The position numbers and the translations under genes were made by a program. Below are positions 50,939 to 61,872 of a stretch of 64,000 bases of DNA, piece by piece (the stretch's first letter is position 1; each line of letters begins with the position of its first letter). The stretch comes from Squalus acanthias (taxonomy: Eukaryota), in the NCBI GenBank assembly GCA_030390025.1, contig CM059432.1, positions 141,114,001 to 141,178,000 of the forward strand, in the 5' to 3' direction. The notes beneath the pieces are model-generated. The model was given only the letters and a program-made list of their open reading frames with translations, was not told the DNA's origin and did no database searches.

Positions 50939-52207
50939 CTTCATTTTTCACGGTATAGTATATATGGATCTTTAGATTACATAATCTCAAATATTTCTGT
51001 CGACTACCTGACAAAGTATATCCCCAACCAACATTACTTGCAACAAAGTGTTTGGCATTCTGACAAACAATGGATCATTTCAAATGACAATGTCCAAAGA
51101 GTACAGTCCCTTGGTATGTTCATGGTTTTACTGTTCCGCCAGTGACGTCATTGGTTGAATCCCAGCCATCCTTGTCTAACTGATTACATCACATAGTTGA
51201 ACAGTTCATGTGAAAGCAGGGCAGTGTCATTCGGAGGAAATTTAAGATGTAGATTTGATTTTCACTTTTTTCAGCGCTGGCTTTTAATACAGGCCAAGTT
51301 CAGAATCTTGAGTATGAAATAAGTATGCTGTTTCGTGGAGGTAGTGTGATGCGATTGCCTCAAGGTCTAAGAATGGGATTATGCCATGAACTTGCTTCTA
51401 GTAATTTCTGAGAGCAGGGAAAATGTTAAATCATTCAAGCTGTTTGTAAAGATGGCGAATTGCTACTAACTATGCATGGTGGAGGCAGTGTGATAGGATA
51501 GGGCCATTATTTTAGTATATGGAATCATGCCGACATTGTAGACAACAGAAAAGCATACCTCTGGCCTGATTCAGTAAACACCTATTCAAGGAGATCTAAA
51601 GACTATAGGGTACTGCTGCTGGTTGATATGACAATGGTTTATCAAACTGATGTGCCCAACAAACCCAAGGCAACTTAACCTCTTGCATTTTATAGGATGA
51701 TTCTTACTATCTAAAGCCTTCTGTTCTTTGTCCATGTTCAGACAGGAGAATTTACGTTGGCAAGGGCAGGTCATTTTGATTCTGATCGGATCTGGAGCAT
51801 CTTAGACTATTTTCAATTCTTTGTGCTATGCTAGAGATAATTAATGTGGGAAATATATGCCAAAGAAATGTATGTCAATTATGTGACAAAAATAAATAAA
51901 AACTCAACCCCTACAACCTAGAAAGAAGATTAAGTAAGGATCTGGTTGAAATATATAAATTAATGAAGCATAAATTTAAATCAGACATCATAAAGAACTA
52001 TTTTTATGTAAAGGCTAATGAGTGCCTGGAATAATTTGATAGAAGTTAGGATATTCAAAATGCAGTTGGATGCTCGGCTGGAATGGTTAAAAGGGACAAA
52101 CCACTGTGAATGTGAAGTAAATCTAGTCCTCTCTGCTAACTATAAAAAAAGATTTAAAATGTCCAGGTAGAAACTTCACACCACTGCAGTGCAAACCCAA
52201 GTTTAAA

Positions 52208-52328
52208 ACATAAACGAAATACTGCGGATGCTGGAAATCTGAAATAAAAGCAGAAAATGCTGGAAACACTCAGCAGGTCAGGCAGCCTCTGTGGAGAGAG
52301 AAACAGAGTCAACGTTTCAGGTCGGTGA
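52208..52328 (-). mobile_element. Penelope-like terminal fragment (family A), hammerhead truncated
   Basis: aatactgcggatgctggaaatctgaaataaaagcagaaaatgctgg...aacgtttcaggtc is the reverse complement of 32490-32609. Confidence 0.85.
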
Positions 52329-52622
52329 TCTCTCATCTCTCTCAAAACGTTTCTGGGCAAATGGTTTAAAGTAGATTTTAAATCTTTTTTATAGTTAGCC
52401 GAGAGGAGTAGATTTATTTCACATTCACATGCCACTGAGCTGAGCTCTGCCTGTGTTTACAGCCATACACATGTTTTCCCTGGCCAGAGGACTGTGCTGA
52501 GGCGGCAATGTAACTCTGGCCTGCCAGCTTCAAGTCACTCTAAGAAGGTATCTGTCTCAAACTGGTACCTGTAGTTATCCTTTAAAATAAAAAACCTTCA
52601 GAAGTACTACAGAGCTTATTGC

Positions 52623-53896
52623 AAAAAGAAAGACGTGCATTTATATAGCGCCTTTCATGACATCAGGATGTCCCAAAGCGCTTTTACAGCAAATGAAGTA
52701 CTTTTGAAGTGTAGTCACTGTTGTAATGTAGGAAATGTGGCAGCCAATTTGCGCACAGCAAGCTCCCACAAACAGCAGTGTGATAATGACCAGATAATCT
52801 GGTTTTTTTTAAGTGATGTTAATTGAGGGATAAATATTGGCCAGGACATTGGGAAAACTCCCCTGCTCCTCTTCATAATAGTGCCATGGGATCTTTTACC
52901 TGAGAGCGCACAGGGCCTAGGTTTAACGTCTCATCCGAAAGACATCACCTCCGACAGTGTAGCACACCCTCAGTGCTGCACACCCTCAGTACTGCACTGG
53001 AGTGTCAGCCTAGATTTTTGTGCTCAAGTCTCTGGCATGGGATTTGAACCCACAACCTTCTGACTCAGAGAACATACATAAGAACATATGAAATAGGAGC
53101 AGGAGTAGGCCATTCGGCCCTTCGAGCCTGCTCCGCCATTCAATGAGATCATGGCTGATCTTCTGCCTCAACTCCATTTACCGGCCCTATCGCCATATCC
53201 CTTGATGCCCTTACTAGTCAGAAATCTATCGACTTCTGTTTTGAATATACCCAATGACTGAGCCTCCACAGCCCTCTGGGATAGAGAATTCCATAGATTC
53301 ACCACCCTCTGAAGAAATTTCTTCTCATCTCAGTCCTGAATGGCCTACCCTTTATCCTGAGGCTGTGGCCCCTGGTTCTAGACTCCCCAGCCAAGGGAAA
53401 CATTCTCCCAGCATCCACCCTATCAAGCCCTGCAATAATTTTGTATGCTTCAATGAGATCCCCTCTCATTCTTCTGAATTCAAGAGAATACAGGCCTAGT
53501 TTACTCAATCTCTTCTCATACGACAGTCCCGCCATCCCAGGAATCAATCTCGTGAACCTTCGTTGCACTCCCTCTATGGCAAATATATCCTTCCTTAGGT
53601 AAGGAGACCAAAATTGTACACAGTACTCCAGGTGTAGTCTCACCAAGGCCCTATATAATTGGAGTAAGACTTCTTTTCTCCTGTACTCGAATCCTCTTGT
53701 AATGAAGGCCAGCATACCATTTGCCTTCCTAATGGCTTGCTGCACCTGCACATTCACTTTCAGTGACTCATGTACAAGGACACCCAGGTCCCTTTGAGCA
53801 TCTGCATTCCCCAATCTTTCACCATTTAGGAAATACTCTGCCTTTCTGTTTTTTCTGCCAAGGCAAGAGTGCTACCCACTGAGCCATGGCTGACAC
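52623..53896 (-). mobile_element. Deu-domain SINE split by a CR1 insertion (pieces 52623-53070 and 53861-53896)
   Basis: tgactcagag | aggcaagagtgctacccactgagccatggctgacac rejoin to form the tRNA-like head. Confidence 0.9.
53071..53860 (-). mobile_element. 5'-truncated CR1 LINE
   Basis: ORF 53299-53814 QRDLGVLVHESLK...LEYCVQFWSP...TRGHSL, CR1 tail at 53071. Confidence 0.95.
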
Positions 53897-55261
53897 ACAA
53901 ATTGTGAGATGAAATCTATTTTCCATTTCTTCAGACCGTGAAGAGCTAATTGTAGATTTTTTCTTGATATGTTGTAACATAGTGTAAGTATCATCATATG
54001 GTTCCACATAATTTTACACAAAGTAAGTTTGCTTCAGCTGAGATTGCTTCAACAAGAAATTCACCTTCCACGATTACCTGATTCAGAACTTAGTACTGAA
54101 GAGTAAGGGTTTTGATGAAACAGTGATTTTGAGAAAAATAATTTTAGTCTGCATAAATATGACCTTAAGGTACTGTTGCACTGGTATAAGTCAGTCTATC
54201 CACATTTTCTGTGCTTGAAATTTCATGTACTAGCTTTCTGATTATTTCAGTGTAGGCTCGTGCTAAGTTTTCTGATTGGTTCATAGTAAAAACACTGTAC
54301 TAATCAAATGCCAGGAAAATATTTTGAACTCCTTTTTCGACCACTATTACACTTCTCTCATTATCTTTGCACAGCTGTCCACCAAACATGCAGAAGCAAA
54401 GGGATAAGTAGGAACTTGCATGTTCCCAACTCCATGCCAACAGGACTTCTTGTCGCTCACTCCTCAGGCCTCCCGCGAGCACTTTCAAATCGTACACCGA
54501 GTCTCCTTTTCTGAGCATGGGGGCTTTAACTGCTGAATGCTGCCCACGCTGCTCACCTCCCCTTTCCCCACCACCACCACCCATAGGCTTCCACTGCTCA
54601 GCCCATGAGCAGCACTGCAGGGAGACGTACTAGTGTGTGTTATCTTCCATGCATTTAGCAAGAAAGCTTAGAGTTCAGAAGTTGGAGGAATTGAAATATC
54701 CATGGAAATGATTTAGTGCGAAACCGTGGACTGAATTATATACCAGTGTCTTTGTTAATCTTCTCCTTTTGCTATTGATCATTATTTGCAGGTAGGGTTA
54801 GTAAAGGCAGGTAGCTGGAAAAGAAAAGGCACAGTCAACGCGGAGCAAACACACAAGCCACCCATTGTGGACATGAGCAGCAGTCAGTGGGGGGAATAAA
54901 AGGATGCAGATGATGCGGCAGTCTTTGTTTAATTTCCCTTATTTTTGTCAAGCTTTTACTGATGCAGCAAAAATTCAGCAGAGAACGCAAACAGAAAAGT
55001 GATTTGCAATTGGATCAGTCTTAAGCACCAGCAAGTCATGCAGTCACCAGTTGTCAGGATTTAGGTGTGTTAACATTTGTGGTTTCCTTCATTTTTAATA
55101 GATAATTTGAACATTTAAGTATAGGGAACACAATCTGTAAATTTGCTGACTACCCAAAAGTAGGAGGTTTGGCAAACTGCCGGGAGGACTGTGAAAGATC
55201 TCAGAAAGGTACAGGGCAGGTTCATGGAATTGGGCAAAACGGGTGGAAGATGCAACTTAAT

Positions 55262-56040
55262 GGCCTAGAAATTGCGGTCGGAGGCGTACCTCCAGAGTAC
55301 GCCACCGACCCGCGAAACAATTCCGAAAGTACCTCCTGGCACCCAGGCTGCGAAGAATTGCGGTCTCGGGCCTCCCGGCGGATGGCAGCGTAAAGGCCCA
55401 GGGTCACAGGCGGTTCGGAAATGTCCCTGGGATCACGTGGGCCCGGTCCTCCAATGACAAAGGAGGATTCCATTGCAATCATTTACGAAGGGAATCCCCT
55501 AATGACATGCAATGGAATTCCCAAATAATTATACAATTTACAGAATTATAATAATCATACAATGAACTGAATTACATATTTATTCATAAGTTCCTTCATT
55601 GCACTAACCTCATTAAAATAATTTATCAAAAAATTTAATTTTTAACACCAATATTTGCATAAACTCATTTAAAGTGTGTGTGCATAATTTTGGATTTTAA
55701 ATGTTTTATTTAAGCCTTATATATACCCTTACGCTGATGCAAGCAGGCCCTATGCCTGCTTTTACCAGCCGTAAGAGTTGCGTGGGCAATTGCTGGGCAG
55801 TTGTTGGGCAAATAGCCCAATTCTGCGCCAGCGATACTCATTTTTCAGGTGGTTCGGATGATCTGTCAAGGCATACCTTGACAGATCGCAAGTTCCGGAT
55901 TTCGTGCAGCAGAAATCCGGAACTTCCGGGGCCTTTCAAAGGGAGTACGACGGCGTACTTTGAGAGTACACCGTCGCACTTTGAGAGTACACCGTCGCAC
56001 TTTGAGAGTACACCGTCGCAGACACCGCAATTTCAGGGCC
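55262..56040. mobile_element. Non-autonomous TIR element with AAT target duplication, inserted in a degraded CR1
   Basis: TIRs ggcctagaaattgcggt / accgcaatttcagggcc, AAT on both sides. CR1-like sequence at 55130-55260 and 56041-56245. Confidence 0.8.
55957..56019 (+). repeat. Three perfect tandem copies of 21-bp actttgagagtacaccgtcgc
   Basis: Directly visible. Confidence 0.95.
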
Positions 56041-56624
56041 AATGATGGGAGGGAGAACAACAAATGAGAATATAATGGAAATACACTGAAGGGTGTGGAT
56101 GAACAGAGACACCAAGTGGTTCAAATACATTAATTCCCTGAAATGTGAGTGCAGGTGGATAAAGCCATACAATGGTAAACAGCAGCTGGGGTTTCATAAA
56201 TAGGAACATACAGTACAAGAGTAAAGAAGTCCTGATAATGTTGTAAATGAATGGACTGTGATTCTTTTTACAATGAATTACAATCTATATACAATAAATT
56301 TTGGAATGAAATGCTTGCACAGAAGGGGGTTCCATTTTTGAAATGTGGTGACTCATGTTTAACACTGACAGGAAGAAGAGCTAAAGGTGCTGTAAATATT
56401 GTACAGTACTGTTAGTTAATATGGGAGTAAATTATGCAATTAGTTGAGAAGCTTTACAATCTCTGGGGCATTTCTATTGACATCTGTTAACTATTGGGAT
56501 TTTTTTTCATGCTGTAATTTTGAGAGAGATGCACATGGGCATTTCAAAATTAAATCTCATTTACACCAAATGGAAGCCACCATTTCAAGAACCAAGAAAA
56601 GTATCTGCACTGTATTCCTCTAAT

Positions 56625-57155
56625 ACCTGGAGTAATGTGCACAGTTTTGGTCTCCTTACCTAAGGAAGGATATACTTGCCTTAGAGGGAGTGCAACGAAG
56701 GTTCACCGGACTGATTCCTGGGATGTGAGGGCTGACCTATGGGGAGGGATTGAGTAGAATGGGCCTATACTCTCTGGAGTTTCGAAGAATGAGAGGTGAT
56801 CTCATTGAAATGTATAAAATTCTTAGCGGGCTTGACAGGGTAGATGCTGAGAGTCTGTTTCCCCCGGTAGAATTAGGGGTCATAGTCTCAGGATAAGGGG
56901 TCGGCCATTTAGGACTGAGATGAGGAGAAACTTCTTCATACAGAGGATGTTGAATCTTTGAAATTCTCTACCTCAGAGGGCTGTGGATACTCTGTTGATG
57001 AGTATATTCAAGACTGAGATCGATAGATTTTTGGGCACCAAGGGAATCAAGGGATATGGGGATAGGGTGGAAAAATGGAGTTAATGTAGAAGTTCAGCCA
57101 TGATCTTATTGAATGCCATATGGCCTACTTATGCTCCTATTTCTTATGGTCTTGT
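56625..57155 (+). mobile_element. CR1 3' fragment
   Basis: ctggagtaatgtgcacagttttggtctccttacctaaggaagg (LE*CAQFWSPYLRK) through the tail cctatttcttatggtct. Confidence 0.92.
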
Positions 57156-57698
57156 GTCTGATCTTATACTTGACAAGTGGCGACTAAAGAAAAAAGCACA
57201 TCAGAAAAAGATCTATACAAAAGATTTTCCCACACTGACTCGGTTATGCCAAGATTTGTACTGTATATAGATTGTAATTCTTGTAAAAAGAATCATAGTC
57301 CGTCAATTTACATGGTGGGTGTAGCTGGATATGTTGGAGTGGGATGTGCAAACAGTTGCTGTAAACCAGATGATGATTCATGTGCACATAGACAATTCAG
57401 TTACTGAATATTTATTGTGCAGCAGATTGTATACTTGTACCTCCTTTGTTTGTTAAATGTATAAACCATTAACTCAGTACTACAATTTATCTCTAATGTC
57501 AATACAAATAGATAATTGAGTTTACTGCATCTGCACAAAAAAATGGACCACCATCTTGTCTAGCATACTGACTGTGGAGTTTGCACTGGGACATACTAAT
57601 CTGTATCCATTGTTTAGACAACACATTCCAAACAAATGGCAAAGTTCATCTTGCCAATCTTGGAATTTGAGGGTGGAAATGTCGTCATTACATACCGG

Positions 57699-57768
57699 TG
57701 ACCAGGTCAAAGGTCATGTCATTCCAGCCTCCCGAATGAGTCACTTAGTTGAGTGTTCACCGAGGTCA
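57699..57768 (+). promoter_or_regulatory. Candidate enhancer: perfect DR1, AP-1 site and extra nuclear-receptor half-sites
   Basis: AGGTCAaAGGTCA at 57704-57716, TGAGTCA at 57737-57743, AGGTCA at 57763-57768. Confidence 0.4.
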
Positions 57769-58846
57769 AATATCGGTCATTGACGCCTTTCATTCAAAAC
57801 CAACGCCTTCTGCATGCATTCTGAAAGATCCATGACACCTTTGGAATTCAGCCGATGAGCAAAGAAACCTCCTCGGGGACGTGATTCCCTGCTGTTCACT
57901 AGGGTCGAGCCGGCCGAAGTAGGCGGGGTCAGCGGAACGTCACCCCTCTAAATAACAACGACAGGTGCTTGTACCAGTAGGAATTCATCTCGAGCTCCCA
58001 TCTGAATTACTGCCCGGGCCTTTGGGCTTGAGGAGGATTGGGCACCGCACCCCCCAGGGAAACATTCTAATTTGTCTTCCAGTGCATTATATTCACCAAA
58101 ATAATGATTTTCAGGGATCTAGGCCGCTTCCCTATCTGAACCCCTAAGGTCATCCCTGCCTCTGCCAGAGAAGAGGCCAGTACATCTCTAAAGATGCCCT
58201 GACTTTCTGTGAGGAGACGGTTGCGGAGATTCCCGATGTAGGCAGTCCCTGCCCCCCCTCTATTCTGGCCGAAAGAGGGCGAAGGCTCCGTCCCTTACAC
58301 GGCCGAGTGAGACCTCCGCTGTAAGGTCTGGTCTCGGCCTGTTTCCCTTCCCTTTCGCCTGAATCACGGTGAGCGTGCGCCTGAAAGGCTGAGGAATTTT
58401 AATCTGAATGTATTTAAAACAGTTACATCCACTTCCAAAGTCCACGGTTTGGACCAAAACCGTGAAAATAATGAGCAGTGGTGTATGAATCATCTTGTGT
58501 GCTGAGTTCACTTTATATTTAAAAAAAAACAGGATCCAGAACCGAGTTCTAGCTTTACAAAGTACGTTCGTTTCCATCCATACAAGAACTGAACATGACC
58601 TCGGGCCAAGCTAGCTAAGGGTGTCAGAGCACTTAAAATGAGTGTGTACTAGTTTAAAATATACATTTTAAATTGTACAAAAAATAAACAGAACTTGATA
58701 TTGTGGATATCAAGCTATAATTACTGTCATTTTGAATTTTTTGAAAAATATTTGATGTCGTGACTGCATTTATGTGAAACAGATGTCTTTTTAGCGTTGG
58801 ATGAAATTTCACTTTCTGATTTTAGTTTTTTTTTTCTTCTTTCCAG

Positions 58847-58871
58847 ACCTGATGACTACAGAATGAAGTGA
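58847..58871 (+). CDS. MRPL13: MRPL13 terminal coding exon (to TGA stop)
   Basis: Long polypyrimidine tract plus ttccag acceptor. CC+A completes Pro, then PDDYRMK*, resembling the mammalian C-terminus ...WTPPEDYRL*. Confidence 0.9.
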
Positions 58872-58939
58872 ATACATTCCCAAACCAGGATGAAGATAAT
58901 CCGGAAAGTTATTTATTTTTCACAATGCTGATTTGCAGA

Positions 58940-58945
58940 ATTAAA
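58940..58945 (+). terminator. Candidate poly(A) signal ATTAAA for MRPL13
   Basis: ATTAAA about 70 nt after the stop codon. Confidence 0.5.
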
Positions 58946-59014
58946 AGCTGCTTCTTTCCGCTACCTACCTCTGACGTGTATCTTAATTCCCTGCACGCAT
59001 TCAACAAATATTAT

Positions 59015-59420
59015 TAATTTCAAGACTGAGAGCAATAGATTTTTGTTAGGTAAGGGAATCAAGGGATATGGAACAAAGGCGGATAAGTGGAGTTGAGGTA
59101 CAGAAACAAGACAGGATGACAGTGAATTATTCTTCCTGAAATTATAGACAGTATTACATAGTATTTACAGTGCAGAAACGGGCCATTCGGCCCAACAGGT
59201 CCACGCTGGTGTTTATGCTCCACATGAGCCTCATCTCACCCCATCAATATATCCTTCGATTCGTTTCTCCCTCATGTGCTTATCTACCTTCCCCTTTTGC
59301 CCTTAAATGCATCAATGCTATTCGCCTCAACTACTCCTTGTGGTAGCGAGTTCCACATTCTCACCACTCTGAGTAAAGAAGTTTCTCTTGAATTCTCTAT
59401 TGGATTTATTAGTGACTATC
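59015..59420. mobile_element. Two short CR1 3' fragments (+ at 59015-59102, - at ~59160-59420)
   Basis: ttcaagactgagag...aagggaatcaagggatatgg and acagtgcagaaacgggccattcggccc... Confidence 0.7.
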
Positions 59421-60382
59421 TTCTATTTAGGGGAGGTAAAGAAAAGAGTGAACACTCTAATTGAATGGTTTACCATGGTCCAGATACGTAGTCGAGCTCC
59501 CTTTACTCTTCTTCCAAAAACGTGTCTTAATCCCAACTTCATAAAAATTAATTTACCACTCTCACGGCACCACACTAGACATCACTGGTCTCATTTAGTG
59601 AATTTGCCAAGTTGTGATGGATTTTGTGATCTGGACCTATGCCCACAAGAAGCTTTGTTGTGACCACCCAAACACTATCCTTGTAGGACCGTTCGAGCTA
59701 ACGGGGAAGAACAACTTCCATCTGGATTGCATTTGAACCCAATTACAAAGGCAAAAGCACGCTAACCCGTTGATCCATCCAGTCCTCTATTATATATTAT
59801 AACAATGCAGTCAAATTAAACTTTTTAAAAAACCTACAAATTTGAACTTGATGGTTGCTTGACGAACAGGCAAGTCAGAGATTTCCAAATAGATTCCAAT
59901 GGTCCTGGTTCAACAATTGGTAACTAATTCTGCGGTTGAACTTCTGCATGCAAACCACAGGGAAGCAGACGCCTGCTGACTGGGACAGAGCTAGAGAGAG
60001 TAGTAGTGTGAACTTTCACCAGTGGTATGCAGTATACATTTTGGATTCATGCAAAATGTTGAGGTTTGCAGCTGTTGTAGTTCCTGGCATCAGCATTGAG
60101 GTCTAGCTAAACTAATGCTCTGGTCATTGCCTAGCAGAGCATTAGCACCGTAGTCACAACTCTTTGATGAACTCTGGCACGAGTCAGCCACTCTCACTCA
60201 GTTCACTAGACTGTGCGGCTGTGGCCAAAAATAACAGCTGGGGCTTCTCTGTAATCTGACAACCAGGGCTACAATATTCCTTCACTGGGCAGACACAGCC
60301 TTTGTCAAGCAGTGATGGTGAAAATCACAGCTGTGCTTTCCTGAGGTGAACCACCCTTCATTCATCATTTTTTTTTTTTAAG

Positions 60383-60843
60383 TGTCAGCCGTGGCTTAGT
60401 GTGTAGCGCTCGTGCCTCTGAGTCAGAAGGTTGTGGGTTCATTCAAGTCCCACTCCAGAGACTTGAGCACAATAATCTAGGCTGTCACTCCAGTGCAGAA
60501 CTGAGGGAGTGCTGCGTGTCAAAGGTGCCGTCTTTCGGATGAGATGTTAAACCTTATGTCTGCCCTCTCAGGTGGACGTAAAAGATCCCATTGCACTATT
60601 TTGAAGAAGAGCAGGGGAGTTCTGCCCGGTGTCCTGGCCAACCTGATCTTTCAACCAACATCACAGAAACAGATTATCAGATTATCTCATTGCTGTTTGT
60701 GGGACCTTGCTGTGCATAAATTGGCTGCCGTGTTTCCTACATTACAACACTGACTACGCTTGAAAAGTACTTCATTGGCTGTAAAGTGCTTTGGAACATC
60801 CTGAGGTCATGAAAGGTGCTATAGAAATGCGAGTTCTTTCTTT
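60383..60843 (+). mobile_element. Deu-domain tRNA-derived SINE, full length
   Basis: gtgtcagccgtggcttagtg head, B box, Deu core and tail. Confidence 0.92.
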
Positions 60844-61133
60844 AACAGCCTTTCCAACCATCTTCACAAATAGTTTGGATGTGATTGTCAAGCCAAGAAG
60901 CTAATTGGCAATAGTAGTGAGTTAAAATGGCATGGAATTATTCCATTTAACAGTGGGAAAAAAAAGAAAGAAATGAGTACCTAACATCCGTATTAAATCA
61001 TTTATGTCTTTTAGAAACTGTAAACATAAAGGACATAATTTTCTGAGATCACACTCGCAGTGGGACACTATCCACGATTTTCCAATAATCCAAAAAATTT
61101 GCAATGTTGGATATCAAGAGCCGCACAGACAAT

Positions 61134-61872
61134 GGGCCATAATTTTGCTGTGGCAGGGCATCTAAAAGCGTCTGCCGTTAGACTTGCCCTTGCGCATTTA
61201 GGTTGGTGTAAGTGCAAGCTGATAACGTCACAGCGAGAGAAACCGGGTATCTGGGACCTGAGTGAACAGGGCAAGCAACGTGATATGTCCTTAACCAATC
61301 AGATTGAGGATTGTGAAATTAACAGCGCAAGGACTGAGGAGGAAGTGTAAATTAGAGTGGGTGACTTCATTGTCAAATCAGGTACAGAAAGAGAGGGAAA
61401 GAAGGATGGGATTGAGAGAGAGTGAGGAAAAAAGAGACAAAGGAAAAGGAAGTTTCTTTTCAGTTTACATTTTTAAAATCTCCAACAATGAAAACCTGAA
61501 GAAATGAGACTCCACACTTGTAATAGTTAATTTTCAGTGCTAGAGAGAATGTTTCGTAGTACTTAACACTTATCACCTCATTGAAAGGTTACTTGGACTG
61601 AAATGGACTTCACTTTCTGTGGTGAGTTTAGTTTGTATCTACCGCACAAATACAGCAACTTCACGCCGTTCAATTCATTTCAAGGGTGAGGTAGACGGCG
61701 AGATGCCGTTTTCACGAAGCTAACGGTGGAGCAGCACAACTCGGACAGCAACTTCTGGATATTTGAGTTTAACTGCACATCTGCCCCTCGCCTGAAGTTG
61801 CTGTACCATTTGCGTATAAATAACGGAGAGCCCCATTAGCCTCACCGTTATTTTGACAGGAAAATCTGTTCC
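61134..61872. mobile_element. Non-autonomous TIR element
   Basis: gggccataattttgctg / caggaaaatctgttcc, flanked by AAT and ATT. Related to 45380-46138 in opposite orientation. Confidence 0.65.

Noticed and set aside
55957..56019. CRISPR-like repeat
   Set aside because: Contiguous tandem units with no spacers, inside a eukaryotic TIR element.
57860..58400. Telomerase RNA, RNase MRP/P, 7SK or 7SL
   Set aside because: No CTAACCCT template or other remembered diagnostic motifs seen on either strand.
58260..58577. 105-aa minus-strand ORF
   Set aside because: No recognisable domain or exon structure.
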